Source: an uncultured Deinococcaceae bacterium (lineage in GTDB: Bacteria > Deinococcota > Deinococci > Deinococcales > Deinococcaceae). From it: a DNA stretch of 64,000 nucleotides. The notes under the pieces are model-generated. The model was not told where the DNA came from. It saw only the letters and a list, made by a program, of their open reading frames with translations, and searched no databases. This document shows, one piece after another, positions 41,202-49,774 of this stretch. Both the position numbers and the translations under genes were made by a program. Position 1 is the stretch's first letter. Each line of letters starts with the position of its first letter. The DNA lies in NCBI GenBank assembly GCA_964252075.1, contig CAXULY010000027.1, forward strand, positions 9,826 to 73,825, given 5' to 3'.

Positions 41202-41426
41202 ATGACCTTGCTTCCACTGCCGACGTCAGTCTCCCCGTCCGAACGTGCCGCGCTCGAAGCGCAGCTCAGCATCACCTTCACCGAAGAAGACGGGCTGCTG
41301 ATTGGTCACGTCGTCAGTGAGTCGCTGGTCACGCGAGCGCTCACAATTCTCGTCGGTATGCGGTATCCACGCCGATCAGCTGACCCAGCACCTTCCCGTT
41401 CGCTGGAATTGCCCCAGCGGGCGTGA
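41202..41426 (+). CDS. Small ORF overlapping the repressor 3' end in antisense
   Basis: 74 aa; 86-nt convergent overlap with the cI-like gene. Confidence 0.45.
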   Translation: MTLLPLPTSVSPSERAALEAQLSITFTEEDGLLIGHVVSESLVTRALTILVGMRYPRRSADPAPSRSLELPQRA

Positions 41427-41898
41427 CGTAGAGGTCATCCCCCACCTGCGAGACGATCAGTCCGTGCGTGGGGGCGTTTTCGTCCACCGTGATGGCGTAC
41501 CCGGCAGGCACGAGCAGCTGCAGCGGGGCTTTCAGGACCACTTCGTGCACGCCCTCGGGCCGCTTCACGTAGCCGAGGGGCGGCGGGCGGCGGGTGGTCC
41601 AGGCGGCGCGGTAAGCCTCGGGGATGTTGAAGGTCTCCCAGGCCACCTCGTCCGGCATGGCGAACAGGTTGAGGAGGCGCTCGATGGTGGCGGTCTCCAG
41701 CTCCAGAAAGTGGTTCTTGCCGTTCAGGATCTTGGTGAGGTGCACACGGTTCATGCCGGCGACCTTCGCGGCGGACGTGACCTTGTTGTACTGAGTACGA
41801 ATCAGCCAGTACAGCATCTGTTGCCGGTCCGCGTCGGTCTTCACTTCGGCGGGTCGGGCCAGGGGCGGCATGGATGGTTTAGGACGCGGCTCGGTCAT
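41341..41898 (-). CDS. CI-like XRE HTH repressor
   Basis: VTSAAKVAGMNRVHLTKILNGK HTH; divergent from the cro-like gene; TATACT upstream. Confidence 0.7.
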   Translation of the reverse strand: MTEPRPKPSMPPLARPAEVKTDADRQQMLYWLIRTQYNKVTSAAKVAGMNRVHLTKILNGKNHFLELETATIERLLNLFAMPDEVAWETFNIPEAYRAAWTTRRPPPLGYVKRPEGVHEVVLKAPLQLLVPAGYAITVDENAPTHGLIVSQVGDDLYVTPAGAIPANGKVLGQLIGVDTAYRREL

Positions 41899-42088
41899 CG
41901 TTCTGCGCCGAGTATACGCAGCGGATGTAGCCCCGCCCAACATCCGGCGCACCATTTTTGCTTGCTGGACGGTTTTGTATCGCATCCAGCGTCTGCACTT
42001 CTACAGGTTTTTTCGCGTCCGACACATTCTTGGCTCATTTCACCGACCTGAATCCTGGCCGTATTTGTACCTTATATTCTGGACCCGC

Positions 42089-42117
42089 TTGCTACAACTG
42101 TCGCCAGTAGCTACACT
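42089..42117 (+). promoter_or_regulatory. PR-like promoter (leaderless cro)
   Basis: TTGCTA-17-TACACT, 6 nt before ATG; GCTACA repeats. Confidence 0.7.
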
Positions 42118-42123
42118 CTGCTC

Positions 42124-42477
42124 ATGACAGAGTGGAGCCCCGAGCTACAAAAGCTCCGGCGTCGCGCGCTGAACCCTCAAAAGCTCGAGGCGGCGCGCAT
42201 GGCCGCGGGCTTCACGCGCGTCGCCGAAGTGTGCCGCCTGATCGGCATGAGCCGCTGGGCGTACAACCGCTGGGAGGGCCGCACCCCCAGATCCCACTCC
42301 GCTCGCCTCAAACACCCCGACGCCGAGATCGACCCGGAACGCAGCGGCCGCCGCCCCCGCCGCCAGGACCCCATCACGCACGTCGACTACGTGCTGATGG
42401 TGAACCTGCTGCGGCTCTACCGCGTCGCCTACGAGGACATCACCGACGCCATTCCGGACGAGGCCCCCCAGGCGTAA
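42124..42477 (+). CDS. Cro-like HTH protein
   Basis: LEAARMAAGF....EVCRLIGMSRWAYNRWE. Confidence 0.75.
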   Translation: MTEWSPELQKLRRRALNPQKLEAARMAAGFTRVAEVCRLIGMSRWAYNRWEGRTPRSHSARLKHPDAEIDPERSGRRPRRQDPITHVDYVLMVNLLRLYRVAYEDITDAIPDEAPQA

Positions 42478-42812
42478 CCGGATGGTGCCCCCAGTGCGGT
42501 GTCTGGTGGGCGCGCAGCATGACAACCGACGACACGCGGACGCCCCATGGCGTCCGGGGAGCCCGCGCCACCGGGCGACACGAATTCGAGTGGCGGCGCG
42601 TTCACGCTGAGCCTCAGCAGGGCCTGGGCGCGCACCACCCCACTGCACACAGGTAAGGCCCCCCAGCGAGGCCCGGCATAGCCGGGGGCCGACGACCCCA
42701 TGCCGGAAGGGCAGCGACCGCCGCGAGGCCGGACGCCAGCCACCCCCACTTCCAAACGCCGGGCGGCCCGTGTGGGCCGCCCGCCAGACTTCCATTTGAC
42801 CCAGGAGGACGC

Positions 42813-43669
42813 ATGCCACAACCCACCGTGGGCCGCCAGGTTCACTTCGTCGACGCCGATGGCGTGCACCGTTCCGCCACCATCAGCGACCTCACCCCGG
42901 ACGCGGCGCGCGTCGACCTGCACGTCCTCATGCCCGACCAGGCGCGGCCCGTGCAGATCATGCACGACGTGCCGCTCGACGAGGACACCCATTCGCCCAT
43001 CACCTGGCACTGGCCCGAACGCACGTGACCCGCCCGCTCACCTCGCTGGGGGAGCTGGCCTACCAGCAGTTCAGCCAGTACGTCCCGCCCTCCAGCACCC
43101 TGTGCGCGCCCCTGCGCGTCGCCCCCTGGGCGGAACTCACGCCCGAGCTGCGTCAGCAGTGGGAGCAGGCCGCCCGGCAGACCCTCCAGACCACCCACCC
43201 CGACCGCACGCCGCCCACACCCACCGAACCCCACCCCAGCCAGGCGGAGGTCGACGCCAAGCGCGCCGAGATTCGCGCCTGGTGGGACGAGATCGTCCGC
43301 CGTCCGGACGGCACCCTCGACGAGGACCTGGTGTACCAGGAGCTGGAGACCTTCAGCTTCCTGCTCGACCAGGTGCCGCGCGTCTACGACGAGGTGACGG
43401 GCGGGCGCATCCGCAAGGTCAGCACCTCCGCCTTCGAGGTCATCCACCAGGCCGCCGACGCCATGAACCACACCGTCGACACGTACCAGCTCGAGGTGCT
43501 GTTCGACCTCGCCGAGTGGAACGGGGATGAAGACGACGCCCTGTTCCAGCAGCTGGTGCAGGTCGCGCAGGACCAGAACCTCGGGGACTTCCGTATCCTG
43601 TGGGCGGAGGAGAAAGCCCGGCGCGCGAAGCTCACGGCCCTCGCCGTGGACGTGACAAGCCCCCCTTGA
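42813..43669 (+). other. Two hypothetical phage ORFs (42813-43028, 43025-43669)
   Basis: GGAGG RBS, coupled; PTVGR.VHF...TWHWPER phage motif. Confidence 0.65.
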
Positions 43670-43714
43670 TCCGCGCGGTCGTGCAGGTGTCCCGCAAGCT
43701 TGAATCGCGACGCG

Positions 43715-44209
43715 TCAGCTCCCGAGGTCGGTCACCAGCATGAGGTGCGACTCCGCGTACCCCCGGCTGGACTCGTTGTGCAGGATCATGCGGATGGTCT
43801 GGAACGCGACATCCATGTGAAATGGTTCGGACACGAATTTCACCCGCAGGCGCACGGCCAATCCCTGCACGGCTTGATGAAAGGTGGAGTCCGCAACGGA
43901 ATCACTTTCACCCTGATGCAGGGCGTGCAGCACCGCAGGTGAAAACACCGAGGTGTCCTCCCCACTCTTGAGCACGTGCACGTCGGGGAGCTGCGTCACG
44001 AGCGGCCCGAAGGTCGTCTCATCCACACCGCGTCCGTACAACTCCACACCTTCGAGCATGACGGGCGTAGACGAAAGGTTGTACAACCGGAGGTCCTGCA
44101 ACAGGTCAATGTCATACATGCCAGGCATACGGACCATCGACGCAGTGCGTTGTTGGTATTGCGCCATGAGGAACAGCCGTTCCTGTTGAGCCATCAGCTT
44201 GAGGGGCAT
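43715..44209 (-). CDS. Hypothetical protein
   Basis: 164-aa ORF with lower GC. Confidence 0.55.
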   Translation of the reverse strand: MPLKLMAQQERLFLMAQYQQRTASMVRMPGMYDIDLLQDLRLYNLSSTPVMLEGVELYGRGVDETTFGPLVTQLPDVHVLKSGEDTSVFSPAVLHALHQGESDSVADSTFHQAVQGLAVRLRVKFVSEPFHMDVAFQTIRMILHNESSRGYAESHLMLVTDLGS

Positions 44210-44227
44210 GCCCGAGCTTAACCCGCC

Positions 44228-45202
44228 TCACCAGTTCCGGACTTTGCTCTTGCGCCGTTGCTTCGCGTACTCCACGTAAATCTCGGTGCTGGACACCGAG
44301 GCGTGCCGCAGGTGCTCGCGCACCTCCAGCAGGTCCCGGGTGTCCTCGTACAGCTTTGTCCCAGCTGTGTGCCGCAGGCCGTGCACGTGCCGGCGGTCCC
44401 ACTCCACGCCCGCCCGGGCGCACAGCGCCTCCAGCTGGTTCAGGACGGTGCGGCGCGACCAGCTGGGCAGCACCCGCAGCCCCGCCGCCTTGCCCAGCGT
44501 CGTCCGCCAGCGCTGCAGGACCGCGACCAGCGGATCGCTGGCCTCCACGTCCTGCACCTTGCCGCCCTTGCCGCGCACCGTGATGAACGGCGGGTCCGAC
44601 CCCAGGTGCAGGTCACTCCAGTGCAGGTCCGCGATCTCCGACGCGCGCAGGCCGCCGTGCGCGCCGAGCAGCACGATCACCGCCTGCTCCGGCGTGGCGG
44701 CCGCCAGCAGCCGCTGCAGGTCCGCGTCGCTGTACGGCCTGCGCTTCTGCGTCTTCGGCACGGGGTCCGGCGCGGGCTTCACATCCGTGAACGGTGCGGC
44801 GTCCGTCGCGTTGCACCAGCGGAGCGCGCCGTACAGGTGCCCGGCCGCCGCGAGGCGCACGCGCACCGTGGCGGTCTTCAGGCCGAGCGCCTCCAGGTGC
44901 CGCGCGTAACTGAAGCCGGCGTCCGGGCGGGGCCGCAGCACGGTCTCGCCGCGTTCCCCCAGGTAATCCAGCAGGCGGCGCACGCCCAGCTCGTAATTTG
45001 CGAGGGTGCTCTTTGCCACGCGCGCGCCCTTGTGGCCGCGCGTGATGAGGTACGCCTCGGTGAGCGCCCACAGGGCGGCGGGGTCCCGGTCGCGCGCCGC
45101 CTGCGTCGCCACGCGGCGGCGCTCCCCGTCATCCAGTTCCGCGACGCGCTGCGCCCGCTGCGCGAGCGTCGCGCGGTGCACCATCACCTCCAGGCCCGTC
45201 AT
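44228..45202 (-). CDS. Tyrosine recombinase (XerC/integrase family)
   Basis: GLRASE (R), GKGGK (K), HGLRH, LRH, TEIY (Y). Confidence 0.93.
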   Translation of the reverse strand: MTGLEVMVHRATLAQRAQRVAELDDGERRRVATQAARDRDPAALWALTEAYLITRGHKGARVAKSTLANYELGVRRLLDYLGERGETVLRPRPDAGFSYARHLEALGLKTATVRVRLAAAGHLYGALRWCNATDAAPFTDVKPAPDPVPKTQKRRPYSDADLQRLLAAATPEQAVIVLLGAHGGLRASEIADLHWSDLHLGSDPPFITVRGKGGKVQDVEASDPLVAVLQRWRTTLGKAAGLRVLPSWSRRTVLNQLEALCARAGVEWDRRHVHGLRHTAGTKLYEDTRDLLEVREHLRHASVSSTEIYVEYAKQRRKSKVRNW

Positions 45203-45227
45203 GCCCCCACAGTACAGGAGCCCTTCC

Positions 45228-45551
45228 GTGCCCGAGCTGCCCCCGCCCGCCACGCCCGGCGAGGTCGCGTTCCGCGCCTTCGCCCTCGCCGCCTACCGGC
45301 TCGCCCCGCAGCACCTGAAGTACCAGGCCATCACGCCCAGCGAACGCCAGGGCTGGGAGGCCTGCGCCCAAGCGCTCGCCGATTACCACGCCAGCGAGAT
45401 CGCGCAGGGCACCGTGGAGGTCGCGGTGCTCGAGGCGATCACCCAGTTCCTCGAGGCGGTCACGAACGGCGCCACGCCCATGCAGGCCTACGTCCGGATC
45501 GGCAAGGAGTACGGGGTGCTGAGCGCTCACACCCCTGAACCCGACACGTAA
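45228..45551 (+). CDS. Hypothetical protein
   Basis: AGGAG RBS and GTG start; divergent from the recombinase. Confidence 0.55.
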   Translation: MPELPPPATPGEVAFRAFALAAYRLAPQHLKYQAITPSERQGWEACAQALADYHASEIAQGTVEVAVLEAITQFLEAVTNGATPMQAYVRIGKEYGVLSAHTPEPDT

Positions 45552-45620
45552 ACCAATTACCCACAACAGTCCTTGTGAGCAGAAACCTGATCAAATGGGG
45601 GCGAGGGCACCCACCTACCT

Positions 45621-46052
45621 TCAATCCTGTATCTCCACCGAGAGGTGCGGCCTGGCGTTTCCCCAGTTCTCGTACGTGAACGTCAGGTGCCTGGTCTCAC
45701 CCCCGATGAGGACACTCAGGGTGACGTGCCGCAAGCCGTCCTCCGTGTGGAGGGACGCGTCACCCCCCGTTTCTACCAGGCGCGCGAGGTCCGATTCGTC
45801 CAGCAGCACGCACTTGCTGACGGACGTCAACCGGTGGCGCCGCCAATAATCCGCGCTGCGTTCCGCGCCGTCCTGACGCGACCACCGCACGCTGATGCCC
45901 GTGAGGACAGCGTCGTCGGGACCGACGTTCACCAGCTCAAGCGCTTCCGCGCGCGCCGTGGTGCCCTCGATGGCCACCACGGTGGTGACGGCGAACAGCG
46001 CCAGTTCGTGCTGCTGCAGCATCAGGCGGCGGGGCGCGAACGCATCAAGCAT
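45621..46052 (-). CDS. Hypothetical protein, distant paralog of 43715-44209
   Basis: Shared LM.QQ..L.L and L.N......L.G..(V/L). Confidence 0.5.
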   Translation of the reverse strand: MLDAFAPRRLMLQQHELALFAVTTVVAIEGTTARAEALELVNVGPDDAVLTGISVRWSRQDGAERSADYWRRHRLTSVSKCVLLDESDLARLVETGGDASLHTEDGLRHVTLSVLIGGETRHLTFTYENWGNARPHLSVEIQD

Positions 46053-46235
46053 GCGACCCAGTATGCCGCTGCCGGACCTCTCGCAGGTGCCGGTCGGGTC
46101 GAACCCAGCCAGCGGCGACACCTGGAGTCCGCTTCTCGGCCCACCACCCCCACTCACCGCCGCATCCACCCAGGACCGTTGCCGAACGTTTCCACCTGGG
46201 AGCGCCCCCGGCCGGAGTCGCGCCCGGCCACCCCC

Positions 46236-46463
46236 TCACCCAGGCACATCCGCTCGAACCGCCGCGCGCGCCCTTCGCCCCGCGTCCGTGAGGACGTACA
46301 CACCGGGTGACACCCGCTCGATCAGCCCGGCCTCCAGCAGTCCCTCCATGGCGTAGTCCACCGCGCCGCGCGGCCAGCGCACCGGCAAGCTCCGCACGAA
46401 CACATGCCGCTTGACGGCGTCCTCCGGGAAGGCCATCAGCAGGGACTGCTCGTTGCTTCTCAC
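46236..46463 (-). CDS. Small winged-helix protein
   Basis: L.EAGLIER...GVY.LT.AGR. Confidence 0.55.
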   Translation of the reverse strand: MRSNEQSLLMAFPEDAVKRHVFVRSLPVRWPRGAVDYAMEGLLEAGLIERVSPGVYVLTDAGRRARAAVRADVPG

Positions 46464-46523
46464 TGGCCAAGGCTACCCAAGGCCACCGCGTCACATGGAG
46501 AGCCACCTCCGCTTACCGGATGA

Positions 46524-46597
46524 GGTCCCGCACAGGCAGGGCGCGTTCTTTCACACGGCAACCGCGCCGCCGGTTCGATCCCGGCCGGGACCCACCA
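46524..46597 (+). ncRNA. tRNA-Val(CAC)-derived tRNA-like element lacking a D stem
   Basis: GGTCCCG/CGGGACC acceptor, GCCGG-TTCGATC-CCGGC T arm, TTCACAC loop, ends ACCA. Confidence 0.65.
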
Positions 46598-46652
46598 CCT
46601 CTGACGACCCCTCAGAACTCGGAGGACCCATGACGTAGCGACGCCCTCGCGC

Positions 46653-47516
46653 ATGTCTCGCCGTTCACACGTTTCCCTGCACCGCCGGTTCGGTGGCTCC
46701 TCCGGCGGTTCCTGTCGCCCCCAGCCCAGGCCGGTGCAACTCCGGCCGGCGACCCCACAGGAGATCCGCGTGCTGCCATCCCTCCCCACCCCCACCCGCA
46801 GCCCCTTCGACGCCATCCGCCGCACCCACGAGCGCGGCCAGGAGTACTGGAGCGCCCGCGAGCTGCAGCCGCTGCTGGAGTACGTGGACTGGCGCAAGTT
46901 CGAGGACGCCATCGAGCGCGCCCGCGCCGCCTGCGAGAACAGCGGCCAGGACAGCCGCGAGCATTTCGTCCCCGCCGCCAAAATGGTCGGAATCGGCTCC
47001 AGCGCGAGCCGCGAGATCCTCGACTACCACCTCACCCGCTACGCCGGGTACCTCGTCGCCATGAACGGCGACCCCCGCAAACCCGCCGTCGCGAACGCAC
47101 AGACGTACTTCGCGGCCAGAACGCACGAAGCGGAACGGCGCGCCCTTGAGCGGCCCAGCGACCCGGTCCTCGCGCAGCTGCAGCTGCTCGCGGAGGTCCG
47201 CACGGAGCAGCTGGCGCTCGCCCACCGCACCGCGGACATCGAGCGGGACACCGCGCTGCTGCGCGCGCGCCTCGACGCCGCCCCCATCCAGGGCGAGCAG
47301 CGCGGCCAGGTGTTCCGCCTGGGTCGCGAGCTCGGGCAGGCGATCGGCAACTACCGCCGCGCGTGGCGCACCTTCAACGACCACTTCGGCCTCGCCAGCT
47401 ACAAGGACCTGCCCGCCTCGCGCTTCGAGGAGGCCTGCCACTTCCTGCGCCTGCAGATCGCGTCCTACACGGGACGCGAAGCGCTGCTGGACACCCCACC
47501 CAAGGAGCCCACATGA
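46653..47516 (+). CDS. BRO-N/DinD-like phage antirepressor
   Basis: EYWSAREL..LLEY..W..F...I.RA, DY.LTRYA.YL.AMNGDPRK..V..AQ.YFA; C-terminal F...SYKDLP...FEEA. Confidence 0.85.
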   Translation: MSRRSHVSLHRRFGGSSGGSCRPQPRPVQLRPATPQEIRVLPSLPTPTRSPFDAIRRTHERGQEYWSARELQPLLEYVDWRKFEDAIERARAACENSGQDSREHFVPAAKMVGIGSSASREILDYHLTRYAGYLVAMNGDPRKPAVANAQTYFAARTHEAERRALERPSDPVLAQLQLLAEVRTEQLALAHRTADIERDTALLRARLDAAPIQGEQRGQVFRLGRELGQAIGNYRRAWRTFNDHFGLASYKDLPASRFEEACHFLRLQIASYTGREALLDTPPKEPT

Positions 47517-47544
47517 CGCACCCCTCCCGCCCGGCGGTCCTCCC

Positions 47545-49474
47545 GTGAGGACCGCCGACCAGATCCCCGGGTACCGCCTCACCTCCCTGCCGCCCGTGTA
47601 CCAGTTCACGCACCTGCAGAGCCGCTGGGCGTGGTCCACCGCGGGCGTGTTCCTGATCATGCACGAGGGCCTCCCGCACTGGTTCGCCACGAACGGCTAC
47701 AGCGCCATGCTCACCCCCGCGCTGGTCCTCGGGGACGAAGGGCCCGGCCTGTTCGAGATCAGCGTCCCGCAGCGCTGCTACATCAGCGGGCACATCAAGG
47801 CGCTGTTCCAGCACGTGAAGGGCAGCGACGTCATCTACGAACTGGAGACCGGGAACCTCATCAGCCAGGACGGCATCGTGATCGTCCCGCCGTACGTGCG
47901 GGAGGTCGACCCGGGCGAGGACCCCGAGCCGGTGCGCCTCCCGGACATCGAGCGGGTGTTCGCGGGCGAGCCGAGCGCGCAGGAACGCTTCGACTTCGAC
48001 TGGAACTTCATCGCGGGCGTCCGCGCGGCCTTCAAGGCGCACAACAAGGAAGCCTACCTGGTCATGACGAGCCTCGAGGGGAACCGCGTGCTGCTGGAGA
48101 TCGACAAGCCGTACCCCGGAAAGGTGCTCGTGGCGATGCAGGGCGCGGTGGAGGCCTGGAAGGCCGACGACCAGCCCGCGGATCAGCCGACCCTGAGTGA
48201 AGCGGCCGTGGACTTCGTCGCGGATGCCATCCAGCCCGGCGAGGACATGACCATCACGGTGAGTTCCGGCGACACGAGCGTCACCATCACGCCCGAAACC
48301 GCGAAGAAGGCCCGCCGCCTCCGTCAGAACCTGCGCCTCGGACGCCAGGCGGACGCATGAAGCCCGACGACCTGAACGACCGCCTGGACGCCGAGGAATG
48401 CCCGCCCGCCCCGCTGGAACTGCAGCTCTTGGAGCAGCAGGGCCAGGCGCTCGCCGAGCATGCCGGGGCGTGCGGGTACACCGCGGTGGTGGTGATCGTC
48501 GAGACGGACCCCGAAGGCGGCCGCCCCGGCACCCTGGTGACGCACGTACCGGACCACCCGGAACTGCGCGCCCTGAGCGCCCGGGTGCTGCGGGAGTTCG
48601 CGTCCACCATCGAGCGCGGCCCACTCGAACGGCAGCGGAGCGGCCCGTGAAAGCGCCGTCCGGCATGGTCCTGGCCTTCGGGGCGCGCGGACACCTGGCG
48701 GGCGCCACCTGCGACGACCACCCAGACGTGACCGACACCTTTGTCCACGTGCACGGGCGGCTGGGGCACACGGTGGAGCGCCTGGGCGCGGACGCGGTGA
48801 TGCCGCGCCTGGCGCGCAGCGTGGATGAACTCGACGACCGCCTGCCCCCACCGGACGAGATGCCCGAACGGGCCCAGCAGGCCGCGCCGGAAGCGCCGCT
48901 CCCCTGGGAGGACGAACCCGACACCCCTACCCCCGCCCCGGTCGGTCAGCTGGTCCGGACCCTCGCCAGCCTCATCGATGAGGCGAGGACCACGGCGAAG
49001 CCGCAGGCCACGCGGCTCAGCAAAGGCCTGGAGCTCCTCGTGCACCACGACCAGGGAGGGCTGTACGTCGGCCTGCACCGACCCGACACCCCCGTCGGCG
49101 CCCTTGAGATCGACACGGTGCAGCGGGACCTCGGCTGGGCGGACGCGCAGCGCGAGGAGCGCCCCGCGAAGGCCGGCGGGCCGCCCTGGATCATCCTGCG
49201 GCGGCCCCCACCCCCACCGCCGGAGGTCAAGACCGCCAAGGAGCTGGAGGAGGCCCGCAAGCGCGCGGAACGCCAGGCGAAGATCGAGCGCATCCTCGCC
49301 AGCAAACCGCACCTGGGCTTCGGCCCGGACAGCCTCGCGGTGCGCGCGGCGGCCGTGCGGGACATGAAGGACGCCGAGCTCGACGAGGAGATCGCGCTGC
49401 TGGAGCGCTGGCCATTTCTCGAGTGCCCGCAGCGCTGCTGGGAGACCGGCAGGCACCACGGACGCAGCCCATGA
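47545..49474 (+). other. Three hypothetical ORFs (47545-48360, 48357-48650, 48647-49474)
   Basis: Coupled, with GC3 bias. Confidence 0.6.
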
Positions 49475-49774
49475 CCAGGACGCCCTCAACAACGCCCACG
49501 AGGCAATGTCACTCAATACACGAACCCATGAGAGCGTGCTAATCTGCGTGCAACCGGCGAGGACCGAACACCTCAAAGGATTCACCCCCCAGGCTGTGGC
49601 GGCCCGAGGGGTGAAGGTACAGCAGAGAACTCGTGGAAGGGTTCTGATAACCGGGGCGCGAGCCCCAGTCCTTGCCCACATCCTAGCGGAGGGAGTGGGC
49701 GCCGTCAATCAGACGGCGCGGCCTGTGGCGGGCCCAGCACCCCGAACCTTCGGGGACCGCGCGAGACCAACGAC

